Counted from the stretch's first letter, positions 46,610 to 63,500 are shown. The stretch is 64,000 nt of DNA from Eledone cirrhosa (GCA_964016885.1 OZ024743.1:30938001-31002000), one strand, 5' to 3'. Notes: generated by a model not told the origin, from the sequence alone. A program made the numbers and translations.

Positions 46610-47521
46610 GAGAGATATATGTATATATATATTTCTCTCTCTCTCATTCCCTCTCCCTCTATTCTTCCATATATATATATATTTATATATATAAATATAA
46701 ATTCAGCGAGAATCGCATTTCGGCGGGTAGAAAAAGCGAACCGCAACGCAAATTCCGAGTCATGCTGGCAAGAGCTCCATGTGCTAAAGAGACCAGAGTA
46801 AACATAGGTTATCAAGGCCATACAAACTGAGAAGGCGTTCAAGAACCCATTTGCACCTAAGCCAAAAAAAACGAGTCAAGCTAAACGCGTCCGTCAAAAT
46901 AAATGACACCTTCACCCGGACTCTCTGAATTGATGGTATAATCCAGTACTTTCGTGTGTATATGTTTGTGTTTGTATGTATACCATATGTATCCCATATG
47001 TATTCCATCCTGCTGTGAAACTATTGTTTTAATTATAAATAATAAATGTGATAGAAAAGAAGGCATTATTTATTGATTGGGAACATTTCAATTGTCTCAA
47101 CTCAGTGGTATTAAGAGCGAACCTAACTTCACCATTTTTCGTGCAAAATCAACGAGTATGCCAAACTCACATACATGAGAAAGATCTAGACAATGTGATG
47201 GCAGGTAACAACATTCCCATCTGATAAATTTGATATAAAACAAATCCATAGAGTGACTATTTTGTACAATATTTATTTCTTACCGGCAAGCTATTCGTGA
47301 TCGTTGTTTAATTGTGATTGTGGACATTACGATGCAATGTAACTTGTAATTATGGTGAGCATTATCAAATAAAATAATACTTGCTTTCATTATCACAGAT
47401 ATTACGAAGTTTGAAACTGTGAGATGGGGCAATTATTCTATTTAACAACCAAGTGAGTAAGTGAACTCTTTGTGTATGATAAGTAATCTATTGTCGTTAT
47501 TGCATGGCTGTTGCAGCCACT

Positions 47522-47718
<197 letters not shown>

Positions 47719-47863
47719 ATGTGTGCGTGTAAGGGGGTGCGTATGTTTATATGCGTGAGTGTGTATGTGTGTGGGTAGGTTTGTGTGCGTGAGTGTGCAT
47801 TTGTGTGTGTATATTATATGTATACATATTTGTCTTTATACATATATATTACGTAATGTATAA

Positions 47864-48170
47864 AGGCACATGGTGTTGGTTATATAGCGTTTAACTTGCA
47901 ATCGAGAAGTTGTGAGTTCGATTGTAGGTCCAGGTGATGCGTTATAACCTTGAGCAAGAATCTTTATTCCCCGTTCCTCCAGTTTACATAGCTGTAGAAA
48001 TATGTTGCAACGTCACGGGTGCCAATCTGTATCGCCCTTCCTTGGAGAGGGGTGACCAGTATGCATTGGCGACTGCTGATCTTTCACAGTTAAAATTGCC
48101 CGGGCCTTGTAGCGAATTTCTAGGAGTAAATCAACTGGTCATTGGCTATCAAAGAGGGGTTTTATTAACT
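47864..48170 (+). mobile_element. SINE family S1
   Basis: B box gttcgattg, ccttgagcaagaatcttt; matches the 19606 copy. Confidence 0.75.
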
Positions 48171-49257
48171 AATGTTGGATAATTTTTCTCTTCTAAAGAA
48201 GTTCATCGTTATTAAAGTCGGCTTTAAGCGAATGGATGGGAAATATCTTCCACTTATATTTGACGACCAATTTGACAAGATTACCTGAACGCTGTAGTAT
48301 GCAGCACCGTGAAATAAAATTCATTTCTCTAATGTTCAACATATCACACACTCGGGGAAATGAAGACATGATCTTACAATTGCACTTCGTGTTTGTAATC
48401 CTATATGAACTAAAATAGAAATGGTGATTTTGAACGGAAACTCATTTGCGATGGATCTTCTACATCACGATACTTACCCCATCAGAAAAAAAAAAACATC
48501 AACTAGCAATTGGTTTCTTGAAACATGCTATGGTGCTAATATTCAACACATTCTGTTAAAAATAAAATTTTATAATATATTATTTCAAATCGGATATGAA
48601 ATGACAAGAAAACATCAAATCGAATTAAACGTGATTTCAGGATTCTTTATAACAATTTATGCAATAAAAACTCGAAATAGTTTGGCCTATGATATATTTT
48701 ATGGAATTAGTTGAAAATATATTATCAGTGCTATTTTGCTATTTTATAGTTTAATATTTACGTGCAGATTATTTTAACAAGTTTGCTTTATTTAACTTAG
48801 CAAAACTATTCCAATTTGTTGTCTCATTAAACTGTAATTGATATTTCTATCCTAAAATGTACAAATATGTATAGTTTATATATATGTGAGTGTGTGTGTG
48901 TGAATGGGTGTGTGTGTGTGTGTGAGTGTGTGTGAGTGTCTGTGTGTATGTGTGTGTGTATGTTTGAGTGTGTACGTGTGCGAGTGTATGAAATGCACTT
49001 ATTACTCATCTATATAATATACCTGTGATATATAAACGTCCGGATATGGACATACGTAGAATGACAAAAGTCGTATTACTTTCACGGTTGAGTGGATTAA
49101 GGAAAAGGAATTTCAACGTATCGGGTGTTAGGCCTTCATAAGGAGAAAGTGGAACAAAAAGATATGGTTCATAGATAGATGATAAAAGAAGGGCATATGA
49201 GTGTTTGTGTTTGTGTTTGATTAAATTCAACTTTGTGTCTATATATATAAATATATT

Positions 49258-49293
<36 letters not shown>

Positions 49294-49310
49294 GAAAGTA
49301 TAGAAATTAT

Positions 49311-49342
<32 letters not shown>

Positions 49343-49905
49343 AATATATATATAAATGAAAGTATAGAAATTATTGTGAGCGTGGAGCCAACAGTATTTC
49401 ATAATATATAAGTGACTATAACGTCAAAATGGAAAATAATTAACGTAAGATGTGGGAACATTTTTCAAACTTAATTCAAAAAATCAAGACATAGTTTTAT
49501 GCATAGAACTTTGTGAAATCCAGGGAAAAATGAATAGAGCCTTAACTCTGAATAAAATAAAGTTTAAATACTCATCCTTCCATTTGGAAAAACTTCAAAT
49601 ACTCTATAGAGTCTTAAAAAGACTATTTCACGAAACTTTCAGTGGGGATGGTCACGGTTGGAATCGTTCATCAGTAGAGCTCAACACGATAACCTTAAAC
49701 TACTGCCAGAATATGTCAAAAAGGGAATTTAAAAGCAGGCTAGTTCAACTCATGCGTACATATGAAAATAAACGCACATGGAGAGACATGGCTGGTGAAG
49801 TCAGAATGACACGAATGTCTGTTTACAGGAAACACCAGTCAAAAAACTTTCCGAAAAAAACTCTACAAATGTAAATGTATATGTATATATCATGTATCAT
49901 ATATA

Positions 49906-49985
<80 letters not shown>

Positions 49986-50371
49986 ACTGGGTGTATATCT
50001 CTCTGTGTCGGTGGTAGGTGACAATACCTATATTTTTTTTATTTTTGGGCGGGTGGGTGGCGGGATTTACATAATTTGGTACGTGATGCAGTGAAGTGAG
50101 GTTTTGGTTTAGTTTGATTAAAAGTTCTGATGAACAGAACGAGAATATAGCATTTATAGATGATAAATGATGATAAATGAAAAACAAAACTGCGTATTGT
50201 AATGTTGTAATTTGGAATGTTTTTCTAGGGCAATTACCCTCCTTTCAAATGCGAAGCTGAAACAGTTCGAGATAAAACAAACGAAAGATTTGAATTTCCT
50301 TCTTTTAGAAAATTGTTACAGAACCTATCAGCGGTGGTGGAAGAAGTAGTATTGTTTTCCGCACACACACA

Positions 50372-50457
<86 letters not shown>

Positions 50458-50497
50458 GATATTAAATAAATGGAAACTATATTTATAAAACCATATT

Positions 50498-50562
50498 TAT
50501 TTCATTATACATATTTCAGGGATACCAAATTAAAATATGGTATGCCATCATCAGACAAAATA
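50498..50562 (-). ncRNA. Minimal type I hammerhead
   Basis: tattttgt CTGATGA tgg-c-atacca..tggtat-c-cct GAA AT atgt AT A atgaaata; lies in a TA-flanked segment (50457-50865). Confidence 0.72.
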
Positions 50563-50862
50563 CAATATATAAACAGTTTTATAAATAATTTTGACGTACC
50601 CTATTAGAAGCGACCATTACTTTTGGATGCTGTCTGGATAGTGATATGTTTATAATTATTTTATTAGTTGTAGGGTTAAGCACAGTTAGAAAAAAGACGG
50701 AGAGAAAAAGAGATAAAGAAGGAGAGAGAAAAAAGAAGGAAAGAGTGAAAAGGAAGATATATATAATATCGTATATCTACTCCAAAAACTTGTCGAGTGC
50801 TTGATATCAGTTATAAAATATTTACTTGTTGTATCCCAACAATTTTAAATAAAACTTTTGCA

Positions 50863-50921
<59 letters not shown>

Positions 50922-51002
50922 ATAATAATAAAATTGAAGACTAAAATCCAAAGAGGGCTCGATAAGGAAAATATATATCAAATATATAAGAACCGTAGAG
51001 CA

Positions 51003-51841
51003 AATATTTATAAAAATAACAGATTAAAGTTTAAGCAAAGAATCGCTGCTTTCACCCTTAACGGGATCTTCTGAAACTAACAAAGTCAATCTGTAAACGC
51101 AGAACTGGATATTTCAAAAAACGTTGCAACCGGAGGAAGACAGGAAGACGATACTTTGGTTCGTGGTAACGTTCGCTGGCAAAGAACGGGAAAAAACGAA
51201 TAATACGTCATTAAAAGGAGCGGTGAAAATCAATTACGCGCAAAGACAAAACCACGTTTATGGTATAAAAGAGGTCGTAGACTAATGTTCTCTTAGGTGG
51301 TGCATAGAGACGTTCTCTGGCAATGAACGAAAAAACGAAGATAATAAGTCATATGTGGAGCGTGGAGAACAATAGCACGCAAAGACAAAACCACGTAGGA
51401 GATTCATTTGGTCTCCTAGTTAGAATTCTAGTCTACGATTTCTGCTATACCATTTACGTGGTTTTGTCTTTGCGTGCTATTGTTCTCCACGCTCCACATA
51501 TGACTTATTATCTTCGTTTTTTCGTTCATTGCCAGAGAACGTCTCTATGCACCACCTAAGAGAACATTAGTCTACGACCTCTTTTATACCATAAACGTGG
51601 TTTTGTCTTTGCGCGTAATTGTTTTTCACCACTCCTATTAATGACGTATTATATTCGTGTTTTCCCGTTATTTGCAAGGGAACGTTTCCACGAACCAAAG
51701 TATCGTCTTCCTGTCTTCCTCCGGTTGCAACGTTTTTTGAAATATCCACTTCTGCGTTTACAGTTGACTTTGTTAGTTTCAGAAGATCCCGTTAAGGGTG
51801 AAAGCAGCGATTCTTTGCTTAAACTTTAATCTGTTATTTTA

Positions 51842-51848
<7 letters not shown>
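51003..51848. repeat. ~395 bp-arm inverted repeat in (TA)n
   Basis: ~51003-51397 mirrors ~51456-51848; internal sub-repeat cgcaaagacaaaaccacgt; no HHR seen. Confidence 0.9.
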
Positions 51849-51881
<33 letters not shown>

Positions 51882-52298
51882 ATGTATGTATGTGAAATGT
51901 AAACAAAAATAACAACACAATCGGTACAGTATATGGAAGGGATATATTAGTTTAACGCTTGATATAGCAGGAAGAGGGTCTTAACGTTTTGCACGCTAAT
52001 CCTTCATCAGAAGAAAAAGTGAGAAATAAGATAGATTGAGGAGACGGGTAGGAATTGGAAAAAATGAATTTAGATAAAAATAACAGGTCCATTCATGTTG
52101 ACATCTCTTGCAAAACTGTTGGTGTTGGCGTTTTGTCTATGATTTTATTTTTTAGAAAAGTGGATGCTGGAGCGCGTTTGCCTGAAACGTAAAAAAAACG
52201 TTTTGTAAAAAGAGGTATACTTGTACACGTGCATAAGCATGTGTGTCTGTGTATGTTATTATACGTCCGAACGAAGCTAAGAGGAAGGTATGATGTAC

Positions 52299-52337
<39 letters not shown>

Positions 52338-53164
52338 TGTGTGTGTATGTGTGTGTGTGTGTGCGCGTGTCGTTATATTGCCCTCAGTTCCTAGGTTTTG
52401 GGCTTGTCATTATTCCATTCATACATCTCTTAGTGATTAAGATTACAATCTGTTATATGTGAACTTTTAATCTATCTAAGCATTGAATCCGTTAGGTGTG
52501 TTGATATAATTTCTATTTCAACGTTTCGTCTCAGAAATCTCATCCTTTCTCCTCTACTGCGAACCGTATAACAAATATAGGTTGTGTTCCTATATGTTCA
52601 TTGTCGTCATGTGAACAAATTCTAATTTAAGTGCATAATTATGGGCTTACTTTCCAGACCTAAACATTTTATTAGGACAGACTGTTTTCTGAAAAGGTTA
52701 AATTGTGCTGATCAGGGCTTTGTTGGAAATGCTACATTTTTTACTAATTAAACTAGATTTTAATTTATTTAAAGTCTTTCTAAATTATTCAACTCTTTTG
52801 CCTGAGGTTGAACATCGACTAACATCATATTCTGCTATTTGTTTTTGTAATACAGCGATTTGATCTTATCTAACTTCTTTATTCTCTACATCCTCTTGAA
52901 TGGTTTGATTCTATGCATTCGGCAAATTCCAATAGTAACATATATCTGCTACTACTACTACACACACACAAACAGACACACACACAGACGACCACGCACA
53001 TATATATATATTGCTCTGGAGATATAATATAAAAGGAGAAATAGAAAGGAAGTAAAATAAAATGAAAAGAAATCGTGATCTAATTGCAGTGCAACAAACG
53101 TGAGAAAGCTATGTCATGGTTGGGCATTATACTTACTCCAGACTATGTGCACATAAAAAGACAC

Positions 53165-53214
<50 letters not shown>

Positions 53215-53523
53215 CGTAAAAAGATGAAATCGAAAATGCAGGTGGGGTTTATTTTTTTAAATATATATATTTGGTTCCTTTACTTGTGTTTTTCAAAAAT
53301 TAGAATTGAGGTGGAGGGTTTGTGGTTTTTCTGACATCAGATGTCAGAAAAACCACAAACCCTGCATCTCAATTCTACTTTTGAAAAGCACAAGTAAAGG
53401 AACCAAATATATATATTTAAAAAAAAAAGACTCCAGTTGCATTTCCCATTTTTTTTTTTCCTTATACCTTCACTCGTGTAGGACAATTGGTTTTTTTCAT
53501 TTTCTAAAAAACCGTCACTTTCT
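53215..53523. mobile_element. Family A-related fold-back, HHR deleted in both arms
   Basis: Centre ctgacatc-a-gatgtcag at ~53339; ttgaaaa followed by a short remnant and gtaaagg. Confidence 0.8.
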
Positions 53524-53619
<96 letters not shown>

Positions 53620-53620
<1 letters not shown>

Positions 53621-54252
53621 TTAAATATAAGTATGTATACGTACATACATATATAATGCTCGATTTGTTTGTAAACAAGCAGCCCGAATTTGTAGCCGTA
53701 CATTGTTCGTCAGCAATCGTTGCCCTTTTGTTCACCACTGACTAAGGAACGATGACCTAGTTTCTCGCTTATTAACTGTCATCAGCATCGTATATTTCCT
53801 GTCAGTCGATTGAACGATTGAAAGTATATACTTTCCTTATACATATTAATCTGAGCAGCCTAATTTGCATTTCATTTGAGTTAGTCGGCCGGGTGTACCG
53901 AAAACGATAAATGGAAAAAACGAAATTTCATTTCTCACTCTTAGTACGGCTGATATTTAAATATAAGTATTTATACGTACATACATATATGTATACAGAA
54001 GTACACTAGTATGCATATGCATACATACAAGCACACATAGATATATGTACGTATGGGTTAAATGAACATTTTTTATAATGCTCGGTTTGTCTCTAAACAA
54101 ACAGCCCGAATTTGTAGCCGTACAGTGTTCCGCAACCAGTCAGTGTTGAACAAAAGGGCAACGATGGTTGCTAAACACTGTACGGCTACAAATTCGGGCT
54201 TTTTGTTTACAAAAAAAACGAGCATTATAATATATGTTCGGTAAACCCATAC

Positions 54253-54290
<38 letters not shown>

Positions 54291-54697
54291 CTGCATATAT
54301 GTATGTATATACATACTAGCGTACGTCTGTATACATATATCTATGTACGTATACATACTTATACTTAAGTATCAGCCGTACTAAGAGTGAGAAATGAAAT
54401 TTCATTTTTTCCATTTATCGTTTTCGGTACACTCGGCCGACTAACTCACTCGATATGCAAATTAGGCTGCTCAGCCGTTAATATGCATAACGAAAGTATA
54501 TACTTTCAAACGTTCAATCGACTGCCATGAAGGTATATGATGCTGATGACAGCTAACAACCTAGAAACTAGTTCATCGTTATTTAGTCAGTGTTGAACAA
54601 AAGTGCAACGATGGTTGCCGAACTGTACGGCTACACATTCGGGCTTTTTGTTTACAAAAAAAACGAGCATTATAATAAATGTTCGGTAAACTTATCC

Positions 54698-54776
<79 letters not shown>

Positions 54777-54832
54777 TGTATGTATATATATACTAGTGTA
54801 CGTCTGTATACATATACGTATGTACGTATACC
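53620..54832. mobile_element. Family D: permuted tandem units in a large fold-back
   Basis: Flip at ~54137. On the right arm the element 3' end (..gagaaatgaaatttc, ~54403) runs straight into upstream sequence and an HHR at 54537-54579; mirror HHR at ~53749-53790. Confidence 0.85.
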
Positions 54833-55049
54833 TAATTATATTTATATATATATATATATATATACATATGGCTTTTATTGAAGTTTCTCATTCACAATCA
54901 TTCCAATAGTGTACCTTCATAGCTTGTTGTTAATGTGGGGCTTTTATCGATAGTTTTCTGCATGTTCGTGTTCTGTTGGTACTCGGACCCTTAGCAATCG
55001 TTTTACGTTTGCCTAGTGTTGTAACATATGTGAGTGACTTCCAGCTCTG

Positions 55050-56110
55050 GTTACTTTGAAAAGAAATAAAAATGCAAATCTCAGGAATCGAATAATATAA
55101 TATCTAAACCATTATAATCTGCCTTTAAGGTTATGGTCACAGCGTTCCATTCCATGTGCTGAATTCGTTGGATGTATGTCATCATTTATGTGGAAACAAT
55201 CAAATCAAGGTAGAAAAACGTTTCAGCTATTTAAAGACGTCCTCTCTTTCTCTGCGGCTTTGTGTTGGGATTGTTATCATACCCAGAAAGGAAGTTTTAC
55301 AGACTGATGTCTGTAGTGAATTAAATGTTAACAATTATATTATTGTTGATGTTTTGAATGTTTCTCTGTTTGTCAAGATTTTCCTACACAAGTTTAAGCA
55401 TTCGTTCAGTTATTTATCATTTTATATAACTTAATTCATCCACACAAATTTCTGACGTGTTTTCCTAGATGTCTATTTCATGGTATCTCTTAGGTAGGTT
55501 CAAATATGTTATGGTAACATTTCTTCACGAGGCTGTTCTTGATTTCTTTCAGTTAGCGGTTGTGTTGTTCAAGAGATAATGTTGTATTAACTTTAACTAA
55601 AGATCGTCAATATGACCTACTATCTCATTAGGTATTGACTCCAGATAGCATATAATTAGTTCGATGCGTAGTTGTTGATATTGGTGCTATATTGTTTCTC
55701 GACATCCAACAAAACAATATAGATGATTTAGTAAGCAGTTGGGCATATCACCACCATCTTTTATTAAGCTCCGATTGTGACCGAGGTAAAGCTTCAGTAA
55801 GATGTCTAAGAATTTTTTTAGTTGATATATCTCGCAAATTGGGCTTACTACAAGTGGTTTGAGCTTTTTAAAAAATGGAGATTGTATTTTCATACAATTG
55901 ATATTTGCCATTTCACATATTTTTAATTAGTTCATTCTGATGTATTTTAGGCTGTCCATAAATGTTCTTATATTGTTGTCTAAAATAATTGAGGTAGTAT
56001 AGTTCATGATCCGAGAGATGATGTCTCCATATATATGTAAAAGAAAATCCATGTTTATTCACTTTATGAAATTTATAATCTTTTGCTCCTCCATGGTAGG
56101 TATTATCCTG
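55050..56110 (-). pseudogene. Decayed Penelope-like RT fragments
   Basis: IYGQPKIH (YGLPKIHK-like) and KLKPLVVSPICEIYQLKKFLDILLKLYLGHNRSLIKD (LRPIV..FLDILLKP..S.I.D-like). Confidence 0.7.
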
Positions 56111-56279
56111 TAGCAAACCCTATACAAGATATATATATATAGTGCTTTGTGGCTCTAACTTCACCAGTGCTGTCTTTGTTCGCCTCTTTTATTACAATAT
56201 TTATTTTCTGATTATATAGCTTAGACGGTTCCATAGATGTCTGTTAAGTTTGGAGAATATATCTATTTCTTTTCATGTT

Positions 56280-57244
<965 letters not shown>

Positions 57245-57261
57245 GTATATATACATATATG

Positions 57262-57308
<47 letters not shown>

Positions 57309-57314
57309 GTATAC

Positions 57315-57387
<73 letters not shown>

Positions 57388-57507
57388 TTATATATATATA
57401 TATTATATATTTATATATATAAATAATCGTTAGACGCATCCTCAATTCTTCATTATTATTTTCCATATATACACACACGCGCACGCATATAAACAAACAC
57501 ACACACC

Positions 57508-57589
<82 letters not shown>

Positions 57590-57596
<7 letters not shown>

Positions 57597-57741
57597 GTGA
57601 GGGTTTTTTACAAAATGAAAAATAACCGAGGTGTCCTACACGAGTGAAAGTATAAAGAAAAAAAGATGAAATCGAAAATGCAACTGGAGTCTTATTTTTT
57701 AAAATAAGACTCCAGTTGCATTTTCGATTTCATCTTTTTCT

Positions 57742-57746
<5 letters not shown>
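57590..57746. mobile_element. Family A short fold-back (3' part only)
   Basis: Centre ttttttaaaa at ~57700; TA flanks. Confidence 0.85.
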
Positions 57747-57821
<75 letters not shown>

Positions 57822-58391
57822 AGTATATATATATATTTATCGACACGATAAATACAATTATATAATACTATCTTGTGGCTACTGAGTCTCCTATTTGAAA
57901 TCTAAATATTTATGCTTTAATACGGGTGTCTAACCCTGATCAAAAGCAATTCCATGAACTAAAATCCCAAGTCCGATATGTATTTTTAATATCAGTAGAA
58001 ATAGTTAACGGAATTTGATTTGTTTCTTTCAGTTTCCGATCAAAAATAAGATTTTGCAAAGCATGTATATTTGTTTAACATGACAATTTTTGTATTATCA
58101 CATCTAGGGAATCGTCCTCATCATTTAATTCATGCTCTTTTCCAATATTTATCACAGACAAGCCTTCATAGTTCATGTCGCAAAGCAAATTTATTTAACT
58201 TGGCAGATTAAATCCCCGCTCAGTTAAATAAATCATCTTTTCGATTGCATCGCTATTTAAACCATTATACAGATTCTCGTCAATTTTTTGTATTCCTAAT
58301 ATAATATGTCTTTCTATATTGATGTGAGTTTTTACGGTTAGTGAAATGAAAGGTTTTGTTAATAGAGAAACGCATACAAAATACGTACTCT

Positions 58392-58444
<53 letters not shown>

Positions 58445-58463
58445 GTGTGTGTGTGTGTGTAAG

Positions 58464-58501
<38 letters not shown>

Positions 58502-60445
58502 TATATATATTTATTTATGAATATATATAATGTGTGTACTTATACTTGTGTGCATGTGAAGGCCTATAGTAACCTATTTCTGTATGTAAATATACGTAAC
58601 ATGTCGTTGTACGGAAAATATATAAAATAGATATTCATACAAGAAAATGTAATATATTCCTGTGTTTATGTTATGTAGTATTCTCTCATGGCTGAGCATC
58701 AGCACTGTTCCGAATGTACATAAATATATCGCATTTTGCCTCAAGGAATATTTAAAGTTATGTAGCATGTAGTGTATATTTCAACCGTAGATTTTACGTT
58801 GCTATTCTCAATTTTTACATATAACACTGTACTAACAAATCGTTCCTATGTCATGATACTATAAATATACCTAATAATCCATCTTCCAAGTGGGGGCACT
58901 GAAACCTGTCAAACATCATTGTTATGCAGCCCTAGACCTAAATTCACAATTTAGTACACAACAATAAGAAGTGATAACCAGGACAACTACATTACTAAAA
59001 GTACAATATATTTCGTATCGAAATTAGTATATTATGAAACGCGTGAACTATACTCTGAAGTACCTCTTCTTGAAAGTCTGTTCATGTTAAATTGTACGTA
59101 TATATCCGGTGATATAACAATAAATGATTTCCTTTCTTATATTTGATCACATCTGTCCGCCAGTTTAATATCATAAATTCGTTTACAACCCCTAGCTTAT
59201 CCATTCAGTGTACTGGGGATTTTAAAACGAATTAATTAATTAACTTAACATAATATATTGATCTTGCGTATACCGGCTGTGCTTTTGTAATACTGGGCTT
59301 TTTGTAATACATCCCTTAGGCAATGAATAGTGTATTTCAAAATAATCAATGAATACTTTTATTTTAAGATTTTCCCAGGTTATTTTTAAACACATCATAT
59401 TATATTAATATGCCATTCTGAGTTCAAATCCCGCCCAGGTAAACTTTGCCTTTCATCCTTACGGGGTCGATAACATAAAGTAGCAGTAATGCACTGGATA
59501 TTTGCTGGCCTTGTGCCCAAAGTAGAAACAATTATATTAATATATATATTCTCAATTTAATTTCATTTATATTACAATTTAGACATCAACTATATAAAAA
59601 AATATTTATAATTTAGATATCAACTATATAAAAAATTATTTACAATTTAGATATCAGCTATAAAGAAAAATAGTTAGATTATACTCAAATGAGAAAATAG
59701 ATCGTATATGAGCTGAGGAAATTATATTAGATGTATATTGTACTGGATAAGCATTATAATTTCCTACACTAAACAAAAACACCAACTTGCAATATATTTA
59801 CATGTTTAAAATAAACGTATAAAATGTATAATATGTAATGTATAATTGTATAAAATGTATAATACATACTTAGATGTGGCGATGAAAAGGGATCCTGCTT
59901 TTTTATTTTTAGTCTCAAGTGAAATGACTAAATTTATGCATAGCGGCGCCACCTGATGTACATTCATGGAATTTTATTTCGATTAATCTAAGCTATAACA
60001 TGATAAATGCAATCCATAAAAGCATAATGATGTGGTACCTGCCGATTAACCAATGAAAATCTCATACAACTAACTGTGAGGCACTCGACCACGTTTCATC
60101 ATTGTTTTCACTGCTCGCTTATTATATCTAAATAAATGTGAATAACCCTTTCAAATGCTCTGCCTTTCCCCATTTATCTGAATTAAATTACCTTCTCCCT
60201 CTGGCCTGGAAGTATTATTTATCTTGTTAGTATCGTTTTGTATACATATTTTATATATTATTTTCATACTGAATTCTCTATCCGATCAATTTGTATTCAT
60301 TCAAGTTTCTATCTCATGTTTTATGTTTTATATTATTTTATTTTTTAGTATTATTCTTGTTAGTTACTATATAAAGAATGTTACAATTTAACCTAGTGCA
60401 GTTATGCTTCTAAAATCCAGACAAGTTGTTTCAGTAATATATATA

Positions 60446-60560
60446 TAAGGATACGGGAATCAGTAGAGAGAACTTGGGGGCAGCGATGGGGGACAGGGAA
60501 TTCTGGGGCATGAGAGTGAGATCCGTCATCTCGACAGTAGTCGACGAATGATGATGATGA
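60446..60560 (+). mobile_element. 3' tip of another RTE-type LINE with (TGA)n tail
   Basis: DTGISRENLGAAMGDREFWGMRVRSVISTVVDE-stop then tgatgatgatga. Confidence 0.65.
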
Positions 60561-63500
60561 TATATAAATGCAAGTTTACGATTCTGTGTGTCCGCCTAAA
60601 ACTAGCAAACAACCGGACCAAACTCCTCAAAATTACATGTACATATTCACTATACACTCGGGCAGGCAACGGTCGAAAAAGTTTTACTTTTCAAAGCAAG
60701 GAATTCATTTAAATTCAATTATCTTATTTTCTAATGAATATCAAAAGAGATTATCCATTTGTTTTTTATGTTCTCCAGTCTTTAGATAAGATAGTGAGGG
60801 ATGGGAGAGAGAAAGAGAGAGAGTAAGGGATGAGAGAGAAAGAGAGAGAGTGGGAGATGGGAGAGAGAATAAGGGGTTGAGTGAGAAAGAGAGATAGTAA
60901 GGGGATGTGACAGAGAAAGAAAGAGTGTAAATGATAAGAGAGAGAGAGAGTGGTAGATGGGAGAGGGAGTAAGGGGATGTGAGAGAGAAAGAAAGAGAGT
61001 AACATGATGAGAGAGAAAGACGATGATTGAGAGAGAGGGAAGTAACCAGCGTTCTTATTTATTTATTATTTTTACACACTTTTTAACTCTCCCGCTTCCT
61101 TAACGTTATTTATCTTTTCTTTGATGTTTGTTCTCTATTCTGTAGAGAGAGGGTTGATGTGAGAGGTAAAAAGAGAGATAAAGTAATGGGATGGGAGAGA
61201 GAAAAGAAAAGCAGCTAGCGTTCATTAACGTTTATTTATTTATTATGTTTACACACTTCTTAACTCTCCCAATGTTATTTATCTTTTATTTATTTTTTGT
61301 TCGCTATTCTGTAGAGGATGAGAGAGAAAAAGAAAGATAAGAGATGAGAAAGAGAAAGGGAGTGAGGCGGGTGGGGAGAAAAAGACAATAAGAAAAGAGA
61401 AAAGATGGGAGAGAGAAAAACAAGTAAAGAGGCAGGAGTGAGGGAGGGTGATTGGAGGGTTTATTTAACTAACGTGTGTCCGCGTTTATATGTATATATT
61501 TACACACACACAAATGTGTGTTATGGGGGGGGGGGGCGTTCTTTAGCAGATGATACATGTTACCATCAAAGGTTATTTTCTACATATATCTAAAGAAATC
61601 ACAGATGCTTTTATATAAGTTGTATATATGTATGTATTTAACAGACAAAAAAAAGGTATTTTTAAAAGATATTATATGAATATAAATTAAAGTACCAGTA
61701 ATACACTGAAATAATTGCTGGCCTTATGGCAAAAGTAGAAACAATTATTTGAATATATTATTTTCCGCTGGTATTTGAATTAACTCAGAAAATATTTGTT
61801 TTGTAGTGTTTGTCGTTTTTTGGTATACGATCTGAAATCCGAATATTTTCTGCATATGTCTAAAGTTAATTACACCTAATATACATTCATATAAAGAGAG
61901 CATTTAAAACAACTTTACTGAGTGAACAATACATTCTATAGTTGTTTCTATTTCGGAAAGAGTGTGGTGTGTAATAATTGTTTCTACTTTTGGCACAAGG
62001 CCAGCAATTATTCCAGTGCATTACTGGTACTTCATTTTATCATGTGGTGTGTAATAATATCACTTCAAATGCCTAGAAAACGTTCCAGATCATTATATGG
62101 AAGGTCATCTTCAGAGGCTAAGAGAAAGAAAACACAGTGATCTGAAGAAAGTGAAGAAGTTCGGCATGCCCGTCTAGCTGCTAACAGAACCCAAACAGCT
62201 TTAGCACGAGCACACCGTTTGGATGAAAGGGAACAAAGGACTGCTGCTACACAAGAACAACAAATTAAGGAACAGCAGCATATCAGACGAAATGCTAATC
62301 AAGCACATCGTTCTACTGCCCGAGCAGGAGAACAAGCCACAATAAAATGAACTGGCTGATGAGTGCTTTTTCTTATAACCCCCAAAACGACTACAGCAGT
62401 AATCCACAAATCAACATTGGGAAAAATGAACAAATGCTGCCAGTATAGTGGTGCCAAGAAGTGGGCAGCAGCAACACCAAGTCTATGCTGCTCAAAAGTC
62501 AAAGTGAGCCTTAAAACAATGCAAGAACTTCCTGAATTTCTGAAGAATCTGCTCCTTCAGCATACACCAGAACCACAACACTTCAATAAATACATCATAA
62601 AATATAATTCTGCCTTTCAAATGACATCTTTTGGGGCTGACCGGAATGTGACTGACATTAGATTCTGTACAACGTATACCATTCAAGGACAGTGTTACCA
62701 CTTAATGGGTGGCCTTCTGCCTCTTTCATAGGAGCCTCACAACTATGTGCAGTTTTACTTCATGGGTGGAAATGAAACTCAGGCACAACAAAGATGTACC
62801 AATGATTGCAGTTCTCCATAGTCATACAGTTACAAGAAATGCTTCACCAACATTACATGTACGTCAGTGTATTTAAATATGCACTGGAGCATATGAACAA
62901 CACCAGAGATTGTAAAATCATCATTAGGGCAGACAAACTCCCACCTTCAGGACATGAAGGCAGATTCAATGCACTTGTCACTGGTGAAGTTGCAATCGTA
63001 ATGATTGATGAACAGCATGAACAACGTGACACTGTTTTGCAAAAACGAAGTGGACATTTGGAGCGAATTTGTGAAACACATAGAGTCTATGATTCACTCC
63101 AATATTCGCTCATTTTTTGGAATGGTCAAGATAGATATAATTTTCAGCTACGGCAGATCAGCCCAGGAACGGGACAAGAAACTGGCCGATCAATCAACTG
63201 CAAAATATTCTATGCTTATCATTCCATGGTACGTGATCACTTCAACCAAGTTCTGCGATTCAAATATGTAACCAACCAGTTCAGGGTGGACATTTATGCC
63301 AAACTTGAAACAGAAAGATTGGGTTTTCTGCGAAGGAATCAAACTAACTTGAGGGCAGATAACTACATCCACCTTAGAGATGCCTTCAATTCTGATGTTG
63401 ACCCAAAGATATTGGCCAGCCTGTCATACTACCATCAAGCTTCACGCAAGATGCAATGGCCTATGTCAGAAAATGTGGTCGGCCAGATCTCTTCATTACA

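Noticed and set aside
49452-49874. 140 aa non-repetitive ORF
   Set aside because: Non-ATG start, no recognisable domain or splice context.
51982-52018. Degenerate HHR-like motifs here (minus) and at 49112-49150 (minus), 22196-22240 and 15266-15302
   Set aside because: Core substitutions or unpaired stems; possibly decayed ribozymes but not supportable individually.
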